Assembly (NCBI GenBank): GCA_030704615.1
Contig: CM060732.1
Coordinates: 12,462,001-12,526,000, forward strand
Length of the DNA: 64,000 nt
Direction of reading: 5' to 3'
DNA from: Takakia lepidozioides
Lineage: Eukaryota > Plantae > Bryophyta
The position numbers and the translations under genes are program-made. Below, piece by piece: positions 1-11,587 of the stretch. Each line of letters opens with the position of its first letter. Position 1 is the stretch's first letter. The notes under the pieces are model-generated. The model ran no database searches. It saw only the letters and a program-made list of their open reading frames with translations, and had not been told where the DNA came from.

Positions 1-1052
1 TAAAAGTCTAAGGAGATTCCTTGGACAAACCAGTTATTACAGAAGGTTTGTTAGACGGTATGCACAGATGGCTGCACCTTTGAGCAAGCTTCTGAAGAAG
101 GATGCAGTGTTTACATGGACAGCTAAATATCAACAGGCTTTTGAGGAACTAACATTGTCAATAACAACTACACCTGTGCTGATTAACCCTCACTGGCACG
201 TAGTATTTCATGTACACTGTGATGCCTCAGGAGAAGCATTGGGAGTTGTGTTAGCCCAAAATATCACAGGAAATATAGATTCACCTGTGTACTATGCTAG
301 CAGATTATTCAACAGTGCTGAAAGGAACTATAGCACAACTGAAAGAGAAGCATTGGCAATGATTTATGCAGTCAAGAAATTCAGGCATTACCTATTGGGA
401 AGGAAGTTTATGTTTTATGTGGATCATCGGGCTTTGATTTATCTGGTGAACAAGCCTTTGATAAGTGGCAGGATAACAAGATGGTTAATAATCTTGCACG
501 AGTTTGAATTTGAAGTTGTTTACAAGCCTGGCCGTTTGCATCTTGTGGCAGATCACTTGTCACGCCTAACAACAGGAGAGCCCGCCACGGGAGTAGAAGA
601 CCAATTACCTGATGCGAGTCTATTTGCAGTGGAGGTGCAAGGATGATTGGTTAGATTGGCAGTGGCCAATCAGATACTACCTTACTCATGGTCAGTGCCC
701 ACCCAGTTATGGGAAAGAACAGAGAAAAAGAATATATAGCTATCATTTACCTTACACTATGATAGGCAGCAGAATGTATAAGCTAGGACCTGATGGAGTT
801 CTGAAACGATGCTTGTACCACCATGAAGTAAATAAAGTTTTGGAGGAAGTTCATAAATGAGTGGCTGGAGGACATTTTGGAGAGGAGACTACCAGTAGGA
901 AGATACTACTTGCAGGTTACTGGTCGCCTACTTTGTTCAAGGATGTACACAAGTATTGCAAGAGTTGTGATGAGTGTCAAAGGCTAGGACCATTGCAGAG
1001 ATCTGGAAAGATGGCTTTGCATCCTACGATGCCTACTGAACCATTTCAGAAG
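1..1052 (+). mobile_element. Ty3/gypsy LTR retrotransposon pol fragment (RT C-terminus, RNase H, integrase zinc-binding region), decayed and truncated by an insertion
   Basis: ORFs 68-646, 612-860 and 861-1184 give RT/RNase H motifs (CDAS...YASR...ERNYSTTEREALA...YKPG...ADHLSR) and the integrase HHCC region (GGHFG...CKSCDEC). There is a frameshift near 640 and an in-frame TGA at 858-860. Homology stops abruptly at ...PFQK (1052). Confidence 0.93.
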
Positions 1053-1644
1053 CAACGACGCAATGGCGTGAGCGTTGCGCGTGAGCGTTGCGCGAGCGTA
1101 CGCTCACGCCAGCTGACGTGGCGTGAGCCTGCACACACGCTGACGTGGCATGAACGTCATGTCAGCATGCTGATGTGGCGGTAAATGATGACGTGGCACT
1201 GTCCGTCATCTGCCACGTCAACATTAACATGCGCCGCCTATAATAGTGGATGGTCCTATGACCGTGGAATTAATGCAGGGAATCTTGCCTAAATAGAATC
1301 AAGACGAGCGTTGAGGCCTACAATTGCAGCATCCAACATTGTGCAATTACAAATGCTTGTTTCACTTTTACAATTACGAGGACGAAAAAATATCCTCACA
1401 AAGTGTGCGCCATAAAGGCTGCCACGGGAAGACCTTCCTCCCTCCTCAAATAACAATGAGAGTTAGGATCATCTTCAAAAGATGATTGTAGTGCATAGCG
1501 ACAGCAAGACATGTAGACTTCGAACGGTGCAATGACAAATGTGCACTACCTAAAAGTTGTCACTCAGAGCTCACTCCGTACGAATTGATGTGAATTACAC
1601 ATTTCAAATCATGGTCGACCACATACCACATTGCATAGTTGATG

Positions 1645-4600
1645 CTACCCATGTGTTGTATCCCGCTGCAAAAGAGTATCGACCTCGTTGAAACTCATAG
1701 TGGCCTGGTGAATGAAGTTGTCACGTTTGGGATCGCAAACCATCCTCTTCAAAAATATGAAATACAAATGTTTGCAGGGTATGAATTTACCTCTCTTGCC
1801 CAAACTGGTTGATAGCATATTCACAAAATCAGGACATGTGCAATTGGGGAAATTGGAAACCGTGATGTCTTAGGTCCTGTCATGAACAGCAGATGTGGAA
1901 GTGATGATTGTGAATACCCGACCATATCCTGGATCGGGTCTTCTGTGGTGCTTCCAACACGAGCTTGGAGCATTCTTGCGGACTCCACTTTGCCAAAGTG
2001 TTCAGCGGTTGGAGGGAAACGCCGAACGAGCTTTCCATCTCGTTTGGTTGGCCACAAGTCAGGATTTGCCGGGGGGACCCGGGAGGACGCAGAAGTAGTA
2101 GCACATGCATGGAGTTGGGGTTGTCTCGCAAGGGAAAAACCTGCCTCCTCCAGCATTTCAATCTCCTGAAAGCTGGATGTGTTCCCACCTTCACGGGCCA
2201 AACGGTTGGAGGAGATGGCTTCATCACTACGGAAGGACGCACAGTTCCATGCACACATCTGGCACAATCATCTGTGCAGAACCAAACTTGTGGTTCTTGG
2301 CTTCTGGTTGACCGTATGGACGCATCAAGCCCGTGAAAGTCGGAGCAGGAGTTCGGGCACCACCTCTGGATATAGATGAAGTGCACTTCTCGAAATTAGT
2401 TGCCCTGATCGCTGTACATTTCACACGAGACCCTACACTTGTGCGTTCTATGTGCCAAACGTGGTCAGGGCATGCGGACTCAAGCACATCAAGGGGGTTG
2501 TTTCTCTCCTGCACCATTTCAGTGGCACTGTTTGATGCTGGAGCTTGCCGTCGTGTTGGAGGTTCCTCCACAATGGAGGTTCCGGACATGGAGCTGTCAT
2601 GCAGGAGAACACGAGGCTTCGAGAAGTTATCACGGTCTGCCCTGTGGGAATCTGAATCCGAACCAGGTGGAGTGTTCAATTTCCTCTTACAGGAGCCGAA
2701 TCTCTCCTCCCCTTCAAGATGTGGAACTCTAGAAACAAGTGGCGTTCCCTGGGCATACATGCTCACCGCCCGTGCTTATCTTGATTGGATCCCCAGATCT
2801 GTTTGCAGCACGCAACATCAACTCCCATTTGTCCGGACCCTTGCCACCAACCCCACCTCGTAAGAAATCACGGTATCGGGTTTGTTGTTGCAAGGCACGT
2901 ATCAAATCATCTGTTGTTGCCACATACAAATCCCGACCTCGTTTCCCAGACTGCTGCAACCATGCGTTGTGCACAGTTTCTGCCAAATTGCAAGATGGCA
3001 TGTCCGCCATTTCCTCAATGGACATGTTCTGCAAAGTGCAGAACCACACTTCAAAACAGTGAACAGAAAACAACATAAAGAAAGCGAGGACACAATAAAA
3101 TGGAAAGCAAATGTATGAAAAAAGCAATAAATATAAGCCTCGTACCAATGGCATGGCTGCTCCCCACTGTCTATACCGGAAGTGCCAAAACGCCAGCCAA
3201 TCTTCCAATGCTCTCATACTCTCAAGTGATGCAGCTCCAGAAGAGAACCACCAGGCACGAATTGTCTGGAACAAAGTGTCCGCCTCCTTCATTGTTCTAG
3301 CATCTTTGTACTCTTTGCACAATTTACGGTGCTGAGTCTGCATCTCTGGTTTGATGTCCGACTTTGTATGTTTTTCCAGAGATTGTGTCCAATGGAATAG
3401 ACATGTACGCTCTCTTCCTGGCATAGGCACTTTTGGGTCGCCCGATCCGAAGACAATACGAACAGCATTGAAATTTGCTTGAGCACTATCCGCCATGAAA
3501 CCTGCGAAATTTGGAGATGGCAGCCCATGGCAGCCCATGACACGTATCAGGGAATTCCACATGAGCTTCTGGGATTCCGTATCCTCGGATTGCATGTCAC
3601 AAACTGCAATTGTCATAACTCGTTGGTACACTGGATCGTAGACATGACAAGCCATTGTCGTCCAATCCTTCACTCGTTTCACATGATCAAACATAAGAAA
3701 ACAGTTCTGCAAGTCCCCAGTCTTCTGCATCCGCTTCACGAGGCTAACCCCACTGCCCTCCCCAACAGTCGACATTTTGAAAAGAAAAACTTTGATGGCA
3801 CCTTGACCTGGGAATACATTGTCCTGGATGTAATCGTACTTGCTCACTCGTTTCAATTCCAAAATATTGTCTATGTAGCCTCTGATCCCAGAGCCCATTC
3901 TCAATGCATTGATCTGATGCCGAATGTTAGGTGAACTTAAAGTGGAGAAATGATCCATGACCAGGTCCAATGCTGCACCGTCAAGTTTAGTCCCCACAGA
4001 ATCCCTTCACTCAAAATATGGCTTTCCAAGAAGGACTTGCTTGCGCCAAGAGCAATTGCAGATGTTGTTGCGGATGGGTTTCTCCCGAACTCGATACTGT
4101 CTCAACACTCTCCCTGTAATCCCCCTTCGAGACAGGATGGTTATGGAATCCAAAATGCACACAAGCTCTTGTCATTGTTTTCAAACGGTGGACAACATAG
4201 TACATTCTTGCTCCGCAGAGCGCCAAGCAGGATGGCACAAGTTTGCAGAATTTGCAGACGAAAGTGTTTGCCGGTGGAGGGGCAGTCCCAGGCTGAAATG
4301 GATTTTCCGCCAGACCCTCCCATTCGCTTTGATTATGAACCCCAGACTGAAGAAAGTGTCTGCAATTCAAATTATCACACCTAAGGTGTCCATTGCAAAC
4401 TGTCCTCCTGAAAACAAGCTTGTCATCATTCTGAATATTGGATGTTTTTGTTCTGCACCACGGGTGCCCGTCGTGTTTCTTGTCCATTCCATGCATCATG
4501 ATTGTTACACCTCCAACTCGCGGAGGAGGAGGCAGCTCGAATAGGATATCGCCATCAAAAGTCTCTGGCAAGAACTTCACAGGCACCTGCTTCAAAGATT

Positions 4601-5141
4601 CCCAATCAATTCCCCGCAACTCACTTTTGAATCCAGCCATTCCTCCCATCGCCCGCAATTTTGGAATGACACTACAAATCTCTTCTTCATCAGCTTCTCC
4701 AACCACAGTAGGAAGGACTGGATTTGGAATTTCACTTATGTCATCATCGGAAGAATCCGAAAGCTCAACGATTGGAGTGGAGGACGTCTGTTCTTTTTTC
4801 ACCACCACCTCCCTCTTGTCTTCAACGACCGAAGCAGCAGTCCCGGGCGTCACATATGACCCAAGGGACTTTCGCCGAGGCTCTCCAAGTACTCTGTATC
4901 GACCAGGACGCACTCTCCACTGGCTGATATGAGCCGTCTCATCACGGTTTTGGAAAGAGTATTTCAACAACTTCCCTTTAAGATCGTACACCTCTTTCTC
5001 CAAAAAGATGGAGCCATTCTGCAGCTGAAAACGGGTAGCCAAGACATGTTCCAGAACAATTGCAAATCCATTGTCAAGGACTTCCTGGGAGAACGGCACT
5101 GGTTTGTCGTCAGAGAAGAACTCCGCTTCAGAGGAAGCCAT
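1645..5141 (-). pseudogene. Mutator-like DDE transposase with N-terminal GCM-like zinc domain and C-terminal SWIM zinc finger; several frameshifts/stops
   Basis: GCM/WRKY-like DGHPW...CNGHLRC...CKFC...HFGFHNHP (ORF 4011-5261). Catalytic core FDHVKR...FMADSAQA...CLFHW (CxxH)...NLAETVH (ORF 2729-3997, with a short intron ~3030-3140). SWIM CTCPDF...CKHLYFIF read manually at ~1760-1850, ending at TAG 1645-1647. Frameshifts near 4090, 4000, 2770 and 2290. Confidence 0.82.
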
Positions 5142-5756
5142 CTTCCTTCCTCGCGTACGTTTATACCTTGCTATCGCAGATCTAGTGTAAATCGGTTTAC
5201 TGATGTCTCCAGAACACAGTTGAAGAATGAGCAGAGAATATGGCGGAGGAAGCTCAGACAACGACTGTGCATATTATGTTATTCTTTCCAGATATGCAGC
5301 CGTCCATTTTAATTACTTTTCTTGTGGGCCCAGTGGTCAGAGTATCCCTAGGAGCAGTGTCGGCAGCTGTTAAACCGTTAATCAGAACCTCATCAATAAA
5401 CCCAATAACAAAGCCGACTTCCTGGAAGCATGCCACAGGATCTGAGGATGGGATTGCAGATTAAGTAAATGTATCTTTATACTACTACCAATGATCATGC
5501 GCACCTGGAAAGTTCCAAATGTGAAACGAATGTGGGGTTTGGCTAACAAGGATGACCGTGTATGATATTCCAAAATTTGTCATCAAACTCTCGTTCATTT
5601 ACATTTATTTGTGTAAGACTGTGCGCCAAGATTTCTGGGATTCGCTGTTATTTTTAAATATTGAAACCGTTCTAATAAAGAACACGCCGTTTATTTTGGG
5701 CGACACACGTCAGACATCCATAACTGAATACGAACAGCTGTACACCAATTGCTGGC

Positions 5757-8700
5757 ATGTGCACTAATAAGGGAACGACTATGTGTAACGGTCACGCGAG
5801 AGGGAATCCGATGCTTCTAGAGACAAGCAAGAACGCAGGCAATCCCGCAAAAATCGGGAGTCACTGCGTTTTTCTACTTTTCGCGCTTAGAGAGAGAGTG
5901 GTAGTCAAGCTGGAGAGGGTTCCTTCTACAATACGAAAGAGAAGAAAGTCTCTTTATTTTACTTCCCTTAGAGAGAGACGCAGAGCAAGAGAGCAAATGA
6001 CGAGGCGTCGTTTGTTGGAGAACACAGGGCCAAGGCAGCAGGTGAACGCGGAGACTGATTCACAAGAGCAGACGGAGACTGAGGCAGCGGCTGTGACACA
6101 GTCGGCGATAAGAGTGCGCCAGCCTGTGGATGCAGAGATGATTCGCAGGGACACTGAAGGAGGTGGAAGCACGCGGAACGCCGAACCGGGAGAAGGTCCA
6201 GAAACCCTAGAGCAGACAAATTCCAGCAGATGTGAGAGGGAAGAGGAAAGCTGCAGAAGGGGATCCAATTTCAAAACCTAAGAAGGCGCCAGTAAGTTTT
6301 CTCTAACTTACATTTCATTGTTGAAGATATGCGTAGAGATTGAGTGGAATGTCCCAGACAGGGATTGTCGCTACCGACCATCACAAAGGTGATTTGCTTT
6401 CTACTCCTCTGCTAAGGGTTTACCGCACAATGAGTGGGTGACTATCGGTACCGTCATTCACTGTTGTTCAGATCATACAGTCTGTCTGATTGTCTTTCAA
6501 GGAGTCCTTCCTCTTCCCTTCTTTAGCAGGAACTACTGAATTGCGAGCGTCGTTAACGCCATTCGATTCTCCTTCATGAGATTTATGTACCTATGTGTTT
6601 GAAGAGAGACTGAGGGTCGGCATACCGTCAATCATCGTTGTTCAGATCATACAGTCTGTCTGATTGCCTTTCAAGCAGTCCTTCATCTTCCCATGCTGGC
6701 GACGGTAATCACAATGGAGTCAATCTGAATAATCTGCACCTACTGTCCGCCCTAAACTATACTGAATGTCGTTGCCGCCAATCACTTACACATAGATGTC
6801 ATTACACAACACCGATCCGGCAGGTCCTTATCTTTTGTGATTGTCGTTAACGCCGTTCGCTATCGCTCTCGCTTTTGTTTTGAATACGGCAGGATCAGCT
6901 TTGCTTGTGTAGATTGTGCTGAATTGTTTCACACCATTCATAGTGAGTTTCTTTGAGACAGAGTGATGGTCGTTACCGCCGTTCACTATTTGCAAATTAC
7001 TCAGTCAGAATTGAATGGCATCGTGCAGAAAACTGTGAGGTCGAAGCCTACAGGATCAGAGGGGAAAGGATCTGGAGATGGGGACGAGTCCGGAAAAAGC
7101 TCAGAGAATACAGATGAAGCAGATGAATCTGAAGTGCACTACCTTGACAAGGTGAAAGAACTCATGTCATTCCAGAAGGTAAACTCTCAGGAGGTTATAA
7201 GGGACATGCTCGTATCTGGAGGGCGTCTGGACATCCCTCTGTGCCGGATGATATCTATGCCTGTTGTGCGTCCACCTCTTTCCCATGACATAACAAAATT
7301 GGAGAGTGATTTTGTGCATGGATATAGACTTGGTGCACAAGTTTTTTATGTGTCACTGACGGATATAAATGGGAAAAGCACATTAGTGTCTCCAGAGATC
7401 AGTGATAACTGGGATGAGTGCTGGAAAGATGCCAATGAGGAGTTCGAGCTGGGCCTCATGATGGGAAAGAACACCCAGCAATTCTGCAACCACATGTTCT
7501 ACGTCTGGGACGGCAACCACCGATTGCTGGCATGGATGGGATACATTCAGAAACACCATGCGAAAGACAAAGACAAGCATGTTGTTGTGGAGGCAATGGT
7601 TTTGGATCCTGGAAACGACATCGCTAGGCTTCTTACAGCTATGCACGACGTGAACAAGTAAGTCATCCAGGAGATTTCATTCCCTCTGTAGTGTCTTATT
7701 AATCCTCAAAAAACAGTGTTAAGGAATGCAATGTTTCCAATGTTTTTGCAGATCGACAGAGAAATCGCATGTGACAACAAGCTTGGTTCACACACTATTC
7801 CGAATTCAGAGGATTGGTCTGATGAAGCTGGATGATTTTCGGACAGTACTACCACCCAATATCATCAAGAAGTGCGAAACAGGAAGAGCTGCAGGCACTT
7901 GGTATTCTTTGACACGAGAGGCGTTTCTGGAGTACATGTATGCGGTAAGCCCGAGTCTGTACTCTGTTTACTTTTCGAATACATGTTTGTAGTCCCTTCG
8001 GAGCTAATCACTACTTGAATCAATGCAGCAAGAACTGGCAGAGGCAGCTGAGAAGGGAAAATCCGAATATTACCGCACTACACCAGAGGAACTAAGGACA
8101 TCAAAGGGTGTGGAAGCTGCAATAAAGAAGGAGTTTGAAATGCGAAGAACCAAATTGATGTCCGCCTTCGGAAAGCAGCTTAGAATAGTAGATCCTGGAC
8201 TTGGTCCTGAGTTCCTTCAGCAGATCAAAACACACTATGACAAGCATGTGCATCCGGAGATGCAGCAGGAGAAATTGCACCGGCTGGCCATATCGATGGT
8301 CGACCCACAAACAAAAATAAGGTGGCTGGAGATATGGAACTCAGATCAAACAGTAAAGGACTTGAATCAGTTCCCAAAGAGCACCATACAGCCTGGCACA
8401 AAGGTGGAAGGAATCAGTGATTTGGTGTTTGATAACTGGCTCCACAAGGCTACATTTTGGAGTCAGGTGTGTATTCAAACATGCCGTTTTCTTCTCTTCA
8501 AGTATGTGATGAGTATCTTATTTGCAATTCTGACAAATATACAATTTGCAGCTCGAAAAGCGCGCCGTCATTGTGCTGGATCAGACTTTGAAGGACCTGA
8601 ACATTTCGATTGTTTCCCCTCCCCAAATGTCATTGGAGGCATACATAAGGAAGTGGAGAGGTCTCACCTGGAGATACTGTTTTTTCCGGGAGTTCTCCAA

Positions 8701-11587
8701 AGATGGTAACATTTTACGGTCCAACGACTTTGACAGTCAGGTTGGAGGAGAGTGGGCCATGATGCGAGTTGTGTACAGGTGCAATGTCATACTTGAAACT
8801 CTACTGCTTTTTTTGGGAAAAAATGTGGCTTCATAAGGATTGCAATCATAGATCCAGATTGAATGTCGTTGACGACATTCACTTCTTTGTCTGAGTCATT
8901 CTTAAGCGAGTATATGAATTCACCTGGTTAGGATCTAAGGGTGTAATTATAGTGTCCCTGATTAGAATTGATAATGTCCTTGAATGGCGTTGACGACATT
9001 CACATCCGGAGTTTTGAGAGGTCCTCAGAGTTATGTAAATTTTTGTAATGTCCATAGAGGTTACAGTGAGGGTTCCTCACTTCATTTTGCTGAATGTCAA
9101 TGCAGACATTCAGTTGTTCTGCATTGTTTTTGCCTCTTGCGAGGAATCTGGAGGCTTGATAAGCTCTGTTATGAGAAATCCAAAGTGAATGTCGTTGACG
9201 ACATTCACTTCTGTGTCTGTATTATTCACCAGCGACAATTTGAATTTACATGGATTGGGAGCTAAGTAATTGGTTCCTTGTTGGTATTTTTTGAATGGCG
9301 TTGACGCCATTCACATACAGTGTTGTTGTGAGGTCCTCAGTGATATGTTCGTTATGAATGTGCATTGAGTTTTCCTGGAGGGTTCCTTACTCGAGTTTAT
9401 GATTTCCATCCTGTGATTTTGCTTCATTTAAGGAATAATTAGGCTTGATTAGTGAATGTCGTTGACGACATTCACTTCTATGTCTGTGTCATTCAAAACG
9501 ATAGTTTGCATTCACCTGGATTAGGGTGTATTTACAGTATCATTGAATGGAATGTTTTGAATGGCGTTGACGACATTCACATCTGGAGCATCGTGTGGTC
9601 CTGAAAGGTCCTTGGAGCAGTTCTCAGAGCCATTTCAATCTATGTTTTTTTCATTCTGTTCTACTTGCATCTTACTCACTGAGCGCTTTTGTGGGTTGGG
9701 ATTTATCTCCTTTTTTCAGGTACACGAAATATGTGCTTATGGAAGGAAATCACCTGAGCGGAATTCCAGACTATCTTGACATGTGGTCGGACCCTGCAAA
9801 CGATCCAACCATGTATACTGCAGGGATATTGAAGGACTGGAGTCCTTCTCACTTCAGAGACTGTGGGTGGTACCTTGACTGCCCACCGGAGCACACGACC
9901 TTTCAAGAACAGCATATGAAATACTTGAACAATAACGCTGAGATGCTGGCGCCTTTGACTGACGAAGAGTACCAACGAAACATAGCAACATTGGCTGCCA
10001 AGGAGCCTGATGCTCAGGGAACGCCGCAGAAGGGAAAGAAGGCGGGCCGCAAACCAAAAGACAAGGCTGTTGATGTCATAGCCATCTCACCAGCAAAGCC
10101 AAAGGACAAAGACAAGTCCAAAGAGAAGGAAAAGGACAAGGGGAAGGAGAAAGAAAAGGAGATGGAGAGTGGGCAGGACTTTACTGCTGGAAGATATACC
10201 CGCACTGTTCAGTGCGTGTTCAATGCCAAGCCACACCCTTCCCGTTCTGATTCGGCAGGAGAGATGAAAATTGTTAATGAGGGTTGGCTGTCGATGATGC
10301 AGAGTCGAAAGAGAGGATACACTGGGGTGCCATCCCCTACCTGGGACAATATAATCTCATTCCTCAATCTGGTGAGAATTCCAGTTTCTTTCCTTTTTCT
10401 CTGAAAGTTTCGTTGGCAGTATTTCAGTCTCGTTCTTTGAAAACATTCTTGCCATCGTTCTTATCAAAACATGTCTGTTGCAGGTGAGCACAGGTCCCAC
10501 CTTCGAGTGCGGTGTGCAGAAAACTTATGCGGCCGACATTGTCATTCTCGACATCCCGGATGGCCAGGCTGTGCCAGAAGTTCTTCCAAAGGGCAAGACG
10601 CCAGGCTGGAACAAATTCGAGGACAACTACTGGAGTTGGGTGTTCGGGTTCTGTAACAACTTCCTCTCTGATGCAGGGACACTTCTGCTTTTTCAGTCAT
10701 GTGACAATGATAGTCGTCGGGCATTGGCATCATACCTCAAGTCTTCAGGGTTTGAAGTTTTGCGCACATGGAATTGTGTGAACAGCCTCTACCTTGTGAA
10801 AGGGGGTTTCCCTGGTCAGCTGGTATGCCGTCTCCCTTCTGCTTGTGCTTTCATGATGAGTTTCAATGTTCTCTGCAGCTCCACTCTAGTAGAATGTGTT
10901 ATGATCGACACCGATCATCACCGATTCATGATTTTTTTGTGTCTGAGTTCTGAATAGCCGATGTACACACTTCCACTATAGATTGTGTTTACCACACTAA
11001 CCTGCTATCTTTGGCAGACGAGGATGTTCGAGGCGATCTGCCTGCGGAGGATTCGCACCTCAAAGACACCATCCTCCATCTTTTGAGATTTCTGACCAGG
11101 GTTGTTTCGTCAACCCCCCCTATGAGCCCCATGTCGATGACATTTTGTACAACTTCATGCAGTCCAGTCAGACTCTGAAGAGACCAGATGGCACTCCCTG
11201 GAGAGGTGCAAAGGAAAAGTCCCCAGCGTTCATGCAAATACTGCTGGAGTCATGCAGCCACCGCTCTGCACGGGTGGTCGATCTTTCTGTGTCCACAGGT
11301 TCGTTCTTTCCCTTCCGAATTGGTTTTCTTTCAACAGTTTCATCTGCTTAAATCCCCCCCACCAAACTGTTCATGTCCTCCTGTCTGGTGCAGGAGCAAC
11401 TTACCATGCATGCAAGGCAGGCGGAAGAAGCCTTTTTGGCATGGAGGGTGATTCTGACCTCTACAACACAGTGCTCCTCCCCCTTTTGTCTGGCTCCACT
11501 TCAGGCACACAGACTGATCGGATTCAAATTCGAAATGATGACGATCCCGAAGATAAGCAGGTCGACAACGACTTTTCATGTGAGTAA
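5757..11587 (+). CDS. 9-exon gene: basic N-terminus + ParB/Srx-like domain + helical middle region + beta-class N4C/N6A DNA methyltransferase-like domain (copy 1; two apparent frameshifts)
   Basis: Phase-consistent GT-AG introns 6292-7028, 7658-7751, 7945-8028, 8467-8551, 8779-9719, 10372-10483, 10823-11017, 11299-11393. ParB-like IPLCRM...VRP...FYVWDGNHRLLAW (DGNHR 7509-7523). MTase motifs in beta order: DIVILDIPDG (motif IV position), FLSDAGTLLLF, GAKEKSPAFMQILLESCS, RVVDLSVSTGAT...GRSLFGMEGD (SAM-binding). Frameshifts near 6210 and 11050-11085. Start codon uncertain. Confidence 0.8.
6363..6986. repeat. Degenerate ~22 bp palindromic repeats in intron 1 of ParB-MTase copy 1
   Basis: Variants of TGAATGTCGTTRACGMCATTCA at ~6363, 6438, 6544, 6611, 6763, 6838 and 6963 (e.g. 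TGAATGTCGTTGCCGCCAATCA, TGATTGTCGTTAACGCCGTTCG). Confidence 0.65.
8860..9579. repeat. Array of seven 22 bp palindromes TGAATGKCGT-TG-ACGMCATTCA in intron 5 of ParB-MTase copy 1
   Basis: Copies start at 8860, 8981, 9091 (degenerate centre), 9186, 9292, 9453 and 9558, embedded in a diverged ~270-330 bp higher-order triplication. Confidence 0.93.

Noticed and set aside
8860-9579. CRISPR array interpretation of the palindrome-spacer pattern (also 53691-54315)
   Set aside because: Eukaryotic intron, no cas genes, spacers are long and variable (about 70-140 bp), and in copy 1 the spacers are homologous to each other.
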